From a virus (Duplodnaviria > Heunggongvirae > Uroviricota > Caudoviricetes), in IMG/VR virus record IMGVR_UViG_2870479586_000005: a DNA stretch of 42,950 nt; one strand, 5' to 3'. Shown piece by piece: positions 34,690 to 41,965 of the stretch (position 1 is its first letter; every line of letters begins with the position of its first letter). Position numbers and translations under genes: made by a program. Below the pieces are notes generated by a model. The model was given only the letters and a program-made list of their open reading frames with translations. It was not told where the DNA came from and made no database searches.

Positions 34690-35750
34690 AATGCCCCTTC
34701 CCTGGTTTTACGCAGTGTTTCTGGCTTCATCAGGTAATCAAACCCTGCCCGCCAGCCGGTGCGATATTCGCCGCCGAAATAGAAGTCTGGGGCGTTATCG
34801 CGGAATTTTTCGAAGTAGCCGATAAATGCGCCAAGAGTTTGCGTGCGCATATGTGCCAGCAGGCGCAGGATTGCCCGACGGCGGTCAGTATCAATTTCAG
34901 CTATAGGTAGCAGGTCGCCCAGAATCTCGTTGTAGCCCTTCACAACTTCAGCAGGGTCAACGGCAGCCTCAGCAGTGGCCCACGTCTCAGCGTCAGCCAG
35001 GTATCCGTCAAACCGGTTTACGCGGCAAATGTTCGCAGGTTTCGGAACGCTTCCGCTACGACGGCGCCATGTCGCAATAACCCAACGAATTACTAACTGA
35101 ATCTCAGCCACGCTGTAACCAGCGCGGGTGGTGGTGGCAGTTAGCAGCATGACAAACGGTTTAACGTCGCGGCAGCGGGTACCGACTTTCTCGTTGTAGT
35201 AGTTCAGAGCTTTTTGAGCGTCAGCGAGAATGATTTCCTCGCCCTCCCCCTTTTGGGGGTAAGGGGGATCTTTTATCTCTGTAGTACTCTCTGTTGTATT
35301 CTCTGTAGGAGATTGGGTCATTTTGACCTTAGCGCATGGGTCAACTTGACCTGATGCTTGGGTCACATTGACCTCTTCGATTGGGTCAACTTGACCTAAT
35401 CGATTGGCCACAGGGAATGTTGTCTCTTCAATCTTACATAACTGGGCATAATTGATTGAATACCACTTGGTTTTATCCCAGGCATCACTGTTAAAGTTCC
35501 CAGTAAGCAACACATTCAATTTTTCCAGATTGGCCAACACGCGTTTTATTGTCGACTCGCTCCAGAACGGGAATTGTTCTTGCCAGTCGGTCACACTGTT
35601 GTACACCCAGTGGCGATTTTCGAAGAAATTTTGAGACGAATTCAGCCAGTAGTGGATTTGCTGTAGAACGATGGCTTCATTCAACCCTATAGTGCATGCC
35701 AACGTGGGCAGGACCTGAAGGGGGTTTTCGTTAATCAGCAAACGACTCAT
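34686..35750 (-). CDS. Replication initiator (lambda O-like)
   Basis: N-terminal ..NPLQVLPTLACTIGLNEAIVLQQIHYWL.. is a replication-organiser-type HTH. The ori iterons lie inside the gene. Preferred start is the ATG at 35750 with GGAG upstream. Confidence 0.7.
   Translation of the reverse strand: MSRLLINENPLQVLPTLACTIGLNEAIVLQQIHYWLNSSQNFFENRHWVYNSVTDWQEQFPFWSESTIKRVLANLEKLNVLLTGNFNSDAWDKTKWYSINYAQLCKIEETTFPVANRLGQVDPIEEVNVTQASGQVDPCAKVKMTQSPTENTTESTTEIKDPPYPQKGEGEEIILADAQKALNYYNEKVGTRCRDVKPFVMLLTATTTRAGYSVAEIQLVIRWVIATWRRRSGSVPKPANICRVNRFDGYLADAETWATAEAAVDPAEVVKGYNEILGDLLPIAEIDTDRRRAILRLLAHMRTQTLGAFIGYFEKFRDNAPDFYFGGEYRTGWRAGFDYLMKPETLRKTREGAL
35314..35397. repeat. Origin iterons: four copies of TGGGTCA-NN-TTGACCT
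   Basis: Copies at 35314, 35337, 35359 and 35382 (spacing 23/22/23 bp). Each is internally palindromic (GGTCA..TGACC). Confidence 0.7.
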
Positions 35751-35752
35751 AC

Positions 35753-35977
35753 TCAGATCTCCAGAGCTTCGGCTATCTGACGACAACCGGCTTCATAGTC
35801 CGCATTGCTCAGCCCTTTGTCGCGCAACTCGACCTTCCTGGATTCATACTGCTCCCACACCGAAAGCGCGGCAGCCATACGCCCATCAAAAATAGGTTGG
35901 ATCTCTGCAACATGTGCCGGGCGCCCATTCAGGTGCCAGCCGTTACGCCAGGTAATGCGGTCAATATGTCTTAACAT
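35753..35977 (-). CDS. Hypothetical early protein (74 aa)
   Basis: ORF between the YdaT-like and O-like genes. Confidence 0.4.
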   Translation of the reverse strand: MLRHIDRITWRNGWHLNGRPAHVAEIQPIFDGRMAAALSVWEQYESRKVELRDKGLSNADYEAGCRQIAEALEI

Positions 35978-36016
35978 CGGTCTTTCCTCGGTATAAGTTA
36001 AACGCTGGTCAGGCGC

Positions 36017-36493
36017 TCATGCATGGTGGCCTTGCGCAGTGCTTATCACTGCTCCTCGCGTCGCTACCAGCGCCGCTATTGCTTCGTCAATTTCCTGAAT
36101 AGTTAACTCTGGCGCGAAGTGGAGATGTACAGCGTTAATCGCTTCCACCCCTTCTTTTGCCGCCAGCGTTGCCAGCAAAACGGGATCGCCCGGCGACTCC
36201 AGACGCGCCCGCCGTTCTGCGGGTAGCACTGCTTTCATCACACTGGCCAGCACCTGAGTTTTTCGGCGCGCCGCCGTTGTCTCGCCACGTAACCAGCGAA
36301 AGATTTTCTGCCGGTTGTTGTTGATGGCTCTCCAGTCCACGTTGCCGTCCGTGTCCTCAAATTCATGTAGTCTCAACTCATCATTGCGTCCCTGACTGAA
36401 CCAGGCCCGGCAGATTTCAATCGTGACGAGTTCCTGCCCTGCCCTTGCCGCCCAGGTCAAAATCTCTTTTTGTAATTCCTCTTGGTTTTCCAT
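36017..36493 (-). CDS. YdaT-like protein (cII position)
   Basis: 158 aa, second gene of the rightward early operon after the Cro/YdaS-like gene, as in Rac-type prophages. Confidence 0.5.
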   Translation of the reverse strand: MENQEELQKEILTWAARAGQELVTIEICRAWFSQGRNDELRLHEFEDTDGNVDWRAINNNRQKIFRWLRGETTAARRKTQVLASVMKAVLPAERRARLESPGDPVLLATLAAKEGVEAINAVHLHFAPELTIQEIDEAIAALVATRGAVISTAQGHHA

Positions 36494-36552
36494 AGCGTCT
36501 CCTGTCGCTAAAAATTGATTACGCTTAATCAGATGTAATAAGCCGCCTTTTG

Positions 36553-36750
36553 CTAAGCTTTTTCATGTTTTGGAACATCGTAAAAAGTCGGGTCATATTT
36601 CAGTGCTCCATTAGTGATATGGTCGAGTCGAGCTGCTCGCTTTTCAGGAACTGTTGCCCCCCAACGAGTAACCGCCACTTGTGATATACCCAGCACCTTG
36701 GCTGTGGCTGTCTTTGAACCAAAAAAACTAATAACCGTCTCTGTTTTCAT
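36553..36750 (-). CDS. Cro-like HTH repressor (YdaS/Cro family)
   Basis: 65 aa. ..GSKTATAKVLGISQVAVTRW.. HTH. GGAGGA RBS. Divergent from the cI-like gene. Confidence 0.75.
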   Translation of the reverse strand: MKTETVISFFGSKTATAKVLGISQVAVTRWGATVPEKRAARLDHITNGALKYDPTFYDVPKHEKA

Positions 36751-36762
36751 AATTCCTCCGCG

Positions 36763-36813
36763 TAACTTTTGTTAGCAACATAAATACTAACGAAAGTTAT
36801 GTCAAGTTAACTT
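36763..36813. promoter_or_regulatory. OR operators (TAAC-N4-GTTA)
   Basis: TAACTTTTGTTA (36763-74) and TAACGAAAGTTA (36788-99), plus the palindrome AAGTTAACTT (36804-13). Confidence 0.55.
36777..36805 (-). promoter_or_regulatory. PR: TTGACA-17-TATGTT
   Basis: Perfect -35 on the minus strand. An operator half-palindrome pair occupies the spacer. Confidence 0.6.
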
Positions 36814-36818
36814 ATATT

Positions 36819-37232
36819 ATGAGGATGAAAAATTTGATGCTTAGCGACCGTTTATCTCAAAGACGCAAACAGCTTGGTCTAACCCAACAACAGCTTGCTG
36901 ATATGGTTGGAAGATCGAGTGTGAGCGTTTTTAAATGGGAAAGCGGACAAAATGAACCAAAGGGCCAGAACTTGTTGGCTTTGGCCAATGCACTCAAGTG
37001 TTCTGCCACATGGCTGCTTTTTGGTGACGAAGACCAGGCGCCAACTCCGGTAGACGAATTACCAACAGAGCTGGATTCACGTCAAAAAAGATTGTTAGAG
37101 TTATTTGATTCATTACCCGAGTCAGAAAAAGAAAAGCAACTAATTGAATTAGAAGATAAAGTTGAAAACTTTAATCGTTTATTTGAAGAGTTACTGGTTA
37201 CCAGAAAGAAACTAACCCCCACCAAAAAATAA
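36819..37232 (+). CDS. cI-like prophage repressor (XRE HTH) without an S24 peptidase domain
   Basis: ..LGLTQQQLADMVGRSSVSVFKWESGQNEP.. HTH followed by an acidic coiled-coil tail. At most 137 aa, with no LexA-like Ser/Lys domain. Start could be 36819, 36825 or 36837. Confidence 0.8.
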   Translation: MRMKNLMLSDRLSQRRKQLGLTQQQLADMVGRSSVSVFKWESGQNEPKGQNLLALANALKCSATWLLFGDEDQAPTPVDELPTELDSRQKRLLELFDSLPESEKEKQLIELEDKVENFNRLFEELLVTRKKLTPTKK

Positions 37233-37235
37233 AAT

Positions 37236-37270
37236 AAAGGCAATGTTTTCAATGCATTGCCTTTATTTTT
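37236..37270 (+). terminator. Rho-independent terminator after the repressor gene
   Basis: AAAGGCAATG-N9-CATTGCCTTT followed by ATTTTT. Confidence 0.65.
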
Positions 37271-37281
37271 ACCCCAAATAC

Positions 37282-37331
37282 TAACTTTTGTTATAAAACA
37301 TCTTGCACATAAAATTACCTTTAGTTATATT
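37282..37331 (+). promoter_or_regulatory. OL operators and PL (TTGCAC-17-TATATT)
   Basis: TAACTTTTGTTA (37282-93) is identical to the OR site. TACCTTTAGTTA (37316-27) lies in the spacer between TTGCAC (37303-08) and TATATT (37326-31), mirroring the PR layout. Confidence 0.5.
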
Positions 37332-38178
37332 CATTCCATCAACAACGCTTACCCAGCGGCAGTTGTTCAGAAACACGTTCTGACAGCCGGAAAGACGGCA
37401 CCAAATTTTGCGCGTCGGCGCCAACACGGTGACAGAGGGAAAGACTTCACCGGCATATGGCACATGTGTCGAAGCGGTCTGGATGGAAGCGGAGCCTTAA
37501 CGCGTTGTCTCCATAGCAGGTAGCCGGAATGTGCAAGCCACAGCCAGGTATGAGCGATTGATTCACCATCAAGGCGATACGGTGTGACCACCAGGGAAGA
37601 GTCCTGGCTACAACACGAGAGCGCACTTCATCGACTCAACTTTGAGCTTTGTCGTTAAATTTTGAAATGGCGGAGTGCGCTCCCGGTTGTGGTGAACAGG
37701 TGTTTAACGGGAACTCCCTGCCCGTTACCCGGTTCGATTCCGGGCGCCCATCATCAATTTGCTGTGTTTAGTCTTTGCCCAGTCCGCACGATGGGCCATT
37801 TTTTCACACAGCCAGGTTTTATCGCTGTGCCTGAGTCCCCAACAGGAGAGGCCAAACCCGCAGCGTGACACCAGGGAAAGACCGGAGGAAGTACCACGCC
37901 TGACCAGCGTTGACCATGAGCCTGACCAGCTCAAAACAGGAAAGACCAGCCCTGTACGGTCGTAATGGAAACATAACGACGCCGGAAACGTAACCGGCAC
38001 CCTTTAGATAGCAAAAGACCCGCACAAGGCGGGCCAGTTACCCCGAACGGCGACCAAACCATTCGGATTTATCACAAGTGACCAAACTTGTGATGAGGAA
38101 AGACCAACGACACTGACGCTATGGAAGCTGATCAATATTCGCTGATCGGCTCTGAGTATACATTACCAAGGAGTCGCT

Positions 38179-38499
38179 ATGGAAGCGCGCACCATCCCAG
38201 TAACACTCTTTATTCATTATGCAACTTCAACTTTCAGCCACGAAAAGCTGCTTGTTGCGACGGTTGATATGTCAAAAAATTTTCCAGACAGGTACATCCT
38301 TCTGGAAAGCCGCGAAATTGAAATTACCGTCAACCAGCCCCAGCCAATCGACATCATCGGTTTACAGGTCGAGCAGCTGCATGAGCAAAAACAGAAAACA
38401 GCCGCCGACGCCCAACAGCGTATTGCTGCTATCGATGACGAAATCCAGCAGTTACTTTGCATCGAATACACGCCAGATACCGATGAAATCCCCTACTAA
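38179..38499 (+). CDS. Hypothetical early-left protein (106 aa)
   Basis: First ORF with an RBS (AAGGAG) after the long leader. Confidence 0.5.
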   Translation: MEARTIPVTLFIHYATSTFSHEKLLVATVDMSKNFPDRYILLESREIEITVNQPQPIDIIGLQVEQLHEQKQKTAADAQQRIAAIDDEIQQLLCIEYTPDTDEIPY

Positions 38500-38529
38500 A
38501 GACCACTGACCTGTAATGAGGAAAGACCA

Positions 38530-38859
38530 ATGACCATTTTTAACGGCTTGTTAGAAGCGAAAAAAGGCGCGCTCAAAAACGGTGCGATCCCGGCGCTGGC
38601 CATCGCCATCGACGCCCCTAACAAAAAAGTTGCCGAGAACATCATCATCGGCAAATTGTGGGAAGCCTACCCTGACCACGGCGACAACTATTTCAAACCT
38701 AAAATCTGGGAGGATGCCCCAGGCCAACCGCGCCCAGGCGTCGGTGAGTTTGATGAGACGTTTGCCACAGAACACAGTTTTGATGGCGAAAAATGGGTAG
38801 TTAACCCCCCGCTGATTCAGATAGCGGTTCAGCAGATATCGCACAGGTTAACGACCTGA
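38530..38859 (+). CDS. Hypothetical early-left protein (109 aa)
   Basis: Preceded by the TAATGAGGAAAGACCA initiation cassette. Confidence 0.5.
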   Translation: MTIFNGLLEAKKGALKNGAIPALAIAIDAPNKKVAENIIIGKLWEAYPDHGDNYFKPKIWEDAPGQPRPGVGEFDETFATEHSFDGEKWVVNPPLIQIAVQQISHRLTT

Positions 38860-40745
38860 TGAAACTGCCTGCTCGTGAACGCTTCGCCGCCGTCCTGCTG
38901 TTCAGCCACGACGCCAACGAAGTCGACAGTGAATTGCTTGCGCAGACGCGTGAATACCTGGAGATGCTCGACAACAGTGATACTAACAGTGAGGATGAGG
39001 TTGACGCGTTTAACCGCATCGTCCTCGATGCCATGGTAGCGTGTAAGCCCATTGAGTACATGCATATTGCTGGATTGAATAATCTGGTACATGCAATTTT
39101 GGCAAGTTGCGATACCCAGGAACAAAACCCGACCAGTTGGACTATCTCCAAATTTATAAAAAAATGGGTAGAGAATCCCGGTAAACGCGATGAAATGCTG
39201 CCGGAGGTAAAACCACAAACAGCATCCGCACGTCCTTACCAACAGACTCACGCCACACTGGATCGTGAAATTGCCTGCGCCCTGTTACCTGTTGCCCCGG
39301 AAAAAATCACCCCCAGCATCCTGAAAGCGGCAGACGAAATAATCAGTCAGGACAGGGAAGATTTTAAACGCTGGTCAATGGCCTTGCGCACAACGGATCA
39401 GATCCTTGCCTATGACCGCGCATCAGTATTCGGTGTTATTCAGAGCGCCCCCGCAAAAGACACGTACCACTTCCCACAATCCCTGCGCAGTCACATCGAC
39501 AACTGGCTGCAAGCTAACGGGCAGCGTGATGCAAATGCTGTTGAAGAGAAGCCAAAGGAAGCAGCACCAAAGGATGATGTAAAAGTCACCAACCACGGCG
39601 GCGGACGATTCTCAATTGATGGGATGATGTCAGAAACATCCTCAAATCAGGGCGAAAAAAGCGAAGCAGCAAATGCTGGAGAACGTAGTTTGCAGCAGTT
39701 GCGTGAGCAGTTTGTCACGCCCCGCCATGTGTATGGCGTACCAGAAAATAACGCCGTATCACAGCGGGAATCTGTAACTGTTATCCTGGAAGAAGAGACT
39801 CCTCCACAAGAAAAACTTAGCGAGCAGGTAAAGGAGCCTGTGCAGAACGTTGACGCGCTGGTTGAGCGGATCCATACCGAAGAGCACCAGCGGCAGAATG
39901 CAATCTCAGCTATCGAAACGGAGTTAAATGACTCCAGTGATACGGATAACCTGGCATTGTGGAAGAACGTATTCAAAACCGATGAGCGTTTCACCAAAGC
40001 TTTCTCTCAGAATGGCGGCGGCACATCCATCAACGGTACTTATATAGCGATGAAAGCGACTCGCGAATTTGGGCCGTTTGGTATTGGCTGGGGTGTAGAG
40101 GTGGTGGAAGAGCGTTTTGATAAAGGCGCACCGATAGTTCGCAAAAAACAGGTTGGTGAAAAAATAGAATGGGATCTGATTCAAGACGGAGTTGGCGGGT
40201 ACCTATGTGAAATGCACCACACCATGAAAGTTAGAGTCTGGTACATATTGAATGGGGTGCGCGGTGAGTCCGAGGCTTACGGATGCACACCTTATATCTA
40301 CGACACTAAATACGGACCAACAAGCGACGGCGAAGCGCCGAAGAAATCCTGGACGGATGCTGTTAAGAAAGCGCTATCCCCTCTCGGATTCAGCGCCGAT
40401 ATTTTCATGGGCCTGTACGACAATCCGGAATACCGCCAGAGGAATAAAGCTGAGTTTGATATCAAGAATGCCAGCGAAAATGCGGAAGATGCTACCCGTC
40501 TGCGTAAGGAACTGGATGAGAAGCTTATCAACGTTGCCAATACGCTGGCCGCCGCGGTAACCGCCAACGAAGTAAACAAGGTATTTGGCCTCATCGCCCG
40601 CGAAGTGGATGTACACCGAAAAGCAGCAGAAGCCAAAGGCGATAAAGAATATTCATCGTATCTGGGATCGCGCCTGCGCCGTATCACCGACATCAAAACT
40701 GAACGCCTCGCCGCCCTCACCGCTGCACAGGAGCAAACCGCATGA
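38859..40745 (+). CDS. 628-aa protein with a C-terminal Rad52/Sak-like single-strand annealing domain
   Basis: ..SINGTYIAMKATREFGPFGIGWGVEVVEE.. and ..KKSWTDAVKKALSPLGFSADIFMGLYDN.. parallel Rad52-family motifs (..FG.NGWS.. and ..KEA.TDALKRALR.FG..LGN.LYD). About 370 N-terminal residues are unassigned. Confidence 0.65.
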   Translation: MKLPARERFAAVLLFSHDANEVDSELLAQTREYLEMLDNSDTNSEDEVDAFNRIVLDAMVACKPIEYMHIAGLNNLVHAILASCDTQEQNPTSWTISKFIKKWVENPGKRDEMLPEVKPQTASARPYQQTHATLDREIACALLPVAPEKITPSILKAADEIISQDREDFKRWSMALRTTDQILAYDRASVFGVIQSAPAKDTYHFPQSLRSHIDNWLQANGQRDANAVEEKPKEAAPKDDVKVTNHGGGRFSIDGMMSETSSNQGEKSEAANAGERSLQQLREQFVTPRHVYGVPENNAVSQRESVTVILEEETPPQEKLSEQVKEPVQNVDALVERIHTEEHQRQNAISAIETELNDSSDTDNLALWKNVFKTDERFTKAFSQNGGGTSINGTYIAMKATREFGPFGIGWGVEVVEERFDKGAPIVRKKQVGEKIEWDLIQDGVGGYLCEMHHTMKVRVWYILNGVRGESEAYGCTPYIYDTKYGPTSDGEAPKKSWTDAVKKALSPLGFSADIFMGLYDNPEYRQRNKAEFDIKNASENAEDATRLRKELDEKLINVANTLAAAVTANEVNKVFGLIAREVDVHRKAAEAKGDKEYSSYLGSRLRRITDIKTERLAALTAAQEQTA

Positions 40746-41311
40746 GCACAGCTATCGCTATTGCAAAAGAATATGCCAGCCTGATTGACCTGCTGGAAAC
40801 CTCCGACGAACTGACGCCAGAGATGATCGCCGACACGCTTGAAGGTATGGAAGGAGAACTGGGAGACAAACTGGACGCCATGATGGTCATCTGCCGCAAT
40901 TTACAGGGCAATGCCAATACCTGCGCTGAAGAAATGTCTCGCCTGGCTACCCGTAAGACGTCCTTTGAAGGCAAGGAAAAAGCAATCCGAAAGCATATGC
41001 TCGCCTGCCTGCAAGCTGCTGGCCTGGATAAACTGAAAACCGCAAAAAACACATTTACTGATGCACAGGGGGCTATCCGGGTAATTATCGATAGCAAAGA
41101 TAAGATCCCGGATGAGTATGAAGGCGTGTCACTTGTTGATGTAGAAACGGTTATTACACCAAACAAGCGAGCCATTAAAGAAGTGATTGAATCTGCGGAG
41201 GCGGTTGCCGCCGAAATACTGGCGCGTGGAGAAACACCACCAGCCGAGTTATTAAACCCGGTACCAGGCGCACATCTGGAACGCGGCGAACGTTCACTGA
41301 GGGTACGCTAA
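40742..41311 (+). CDS. Siphovirus Gp157-like protein
   Basis: 189 aa, acidic and helical, with the N-terminal pattern ..EYASLIDLLETSDELTPEMIADTLEGMEGELGDKLD... Sits adjacent to the annealing protein, as is common for this family. Confidence 0.55.
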   Translation: MSTAIAIAKEYASLIDLLETSDELTPEMIADTLEGMEGELGDKLDAMMVICRNLQGNANTCAEEMSRLATRKTSFEGKEKAIRKHMLACLQAAGLDKLKTAKNTFTDAQGAIRVIIDSKDKIPDEYEGVSLVDVETVITPNKRAIKEVIESAEAVAAEILARGETPPAELLNPVPGAHLERGERSLRVR

Positions 41312-41472
41312 TGCTTAAACTCACATTAAAGCGTGGTGACGCGGTTCACCTGGTACTTGCCGATGGAACCAACGGCATTATTGAAGCACGGAGCCGCTGC
41401 GAACTTGGGCTACACCTGCCAGAAAACATTAAGGTCACGCGGGAGAAATCGGCATTCCCCCACCAGAACTGA
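41311..41472 (+). CDS. 53-aa ORF with a CsrA-like (or AbrB-like) sequence pattern
   Basis: Translated by hand: MLKLTLKRGDAVHLVLADGTNGIIEARSRCELGLHLPENIKVTREKSAFPHQN. TAATG overlap with the upstream gene. Compare E. coli CsrA MLILTRRVGETLMIG...RIGVNAPKEVSVHREE. Confidence 0.35.
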   Translation: MLKLTLKRGDAVHLVLADGTNGIIEARSRCELGLHLPENIKVTREKSAFPHQN

Positions 41473-41541
41473 TTACGCCTAATCAGAAATAAAAACTCAC
41501 CATCGCTAGCATTGCGATTCACCAGTAACCGGAGGATCACA

Positions 41542-41766
41542 ATGCTGCGATGGCAACCGGGAGCAACTCTGCTCTCCGCATTTGATATCAAAATTGGCCG
41601 ACTGTCGGCCAGCGTCAGGAAACAGGCTGTGACCGAGTCTGATATTGCCCGTGCCTGCAAGGCGGCAGATGACGCAATAAGCTACATAATGAGGAAAGAC
41701 CATGAGAAGCGATCACGACATAATCACCAGAGAAGAAATGGTCGAGCTGACGGGAAGCCCACTTAA
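41542..41766 (+). CDS. Hypothetical protein (74 aa)
   Basis: ATG at 41542 with a GGAGGA RBS. Its 3' end overlaps the next gene by 65 nt. Confidence 0.4.
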   Translation: MLRWQPGATLLSAFDIKIGRLSASVRKQAVTESDIARACKAADDAISYIMRKDHEKRSRHNHQRRNGRADGKPT

Positions 41767-41965
41767 ATCAAAGCAATGTGAGGCTCTTCGCCGGGCTGGA
41801 ATTTTCTTCATGGAAAGGGCTGACGGGCACCCAAAAACAACCTGGGGCCATTTCATGAACCCAATAAAATTTCGCAATTTACAGGAGGTGACGACGCGAA
41901 AAGATGATGAACCTGATTTTGGAGCAATATTTAATGGCCGGAAAGAGAAAGAACCCAGCAGATAA
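41702..41965 (+). CDS. DUF4224-like small protein (excisionase position)
   Basis: ..IITREEMVELTGSPLKSKQCEALRRAGIFFMERADGHP.. fits the DUF4224 pattern. Immediately upstream of int. Confidence 0.6.
   Translation: MRSDHDIITREEMVELTGSPLKSKQCEALRRAGIFFMERADGHPKTTWGHFMNPIKFRNLQEVTTRKDDEPDFGAIFNGRKEKEPSR

Noticed and set aside
37666-37750. Possible tRNA gene, suggested by the perfect T-arm-like GGTTCGATTCCGG (CCCGG/TTCGATT/CCGGG).
   Set aside because: The flanks do not form a 7-bp acceptor stem (ATGGCGG versus CGCCCAT has two central mismatches). There is no credible D-arm. The only anticodon-like hairpin has a 9-nt loop and no variable region before the T-stem. At most this is a tRNA fragment or a chance match. 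tRNAscan-SE would settle it.
37257-37965. Track ORFs in the PL leader (37257-37523, 37662-37868, 37759-37965, and minus-strand ORFs), including an Arg-rich stretch ARRRQHGDRG that recalls an N-protein ARM.
   Set aside because: The first ORF starts upstream of the predicted promoter and inside the terminator. None has an RBS. The Arg-rich stretch is internal with no nearby start codon, and the ORFs overlap one another in different frames.
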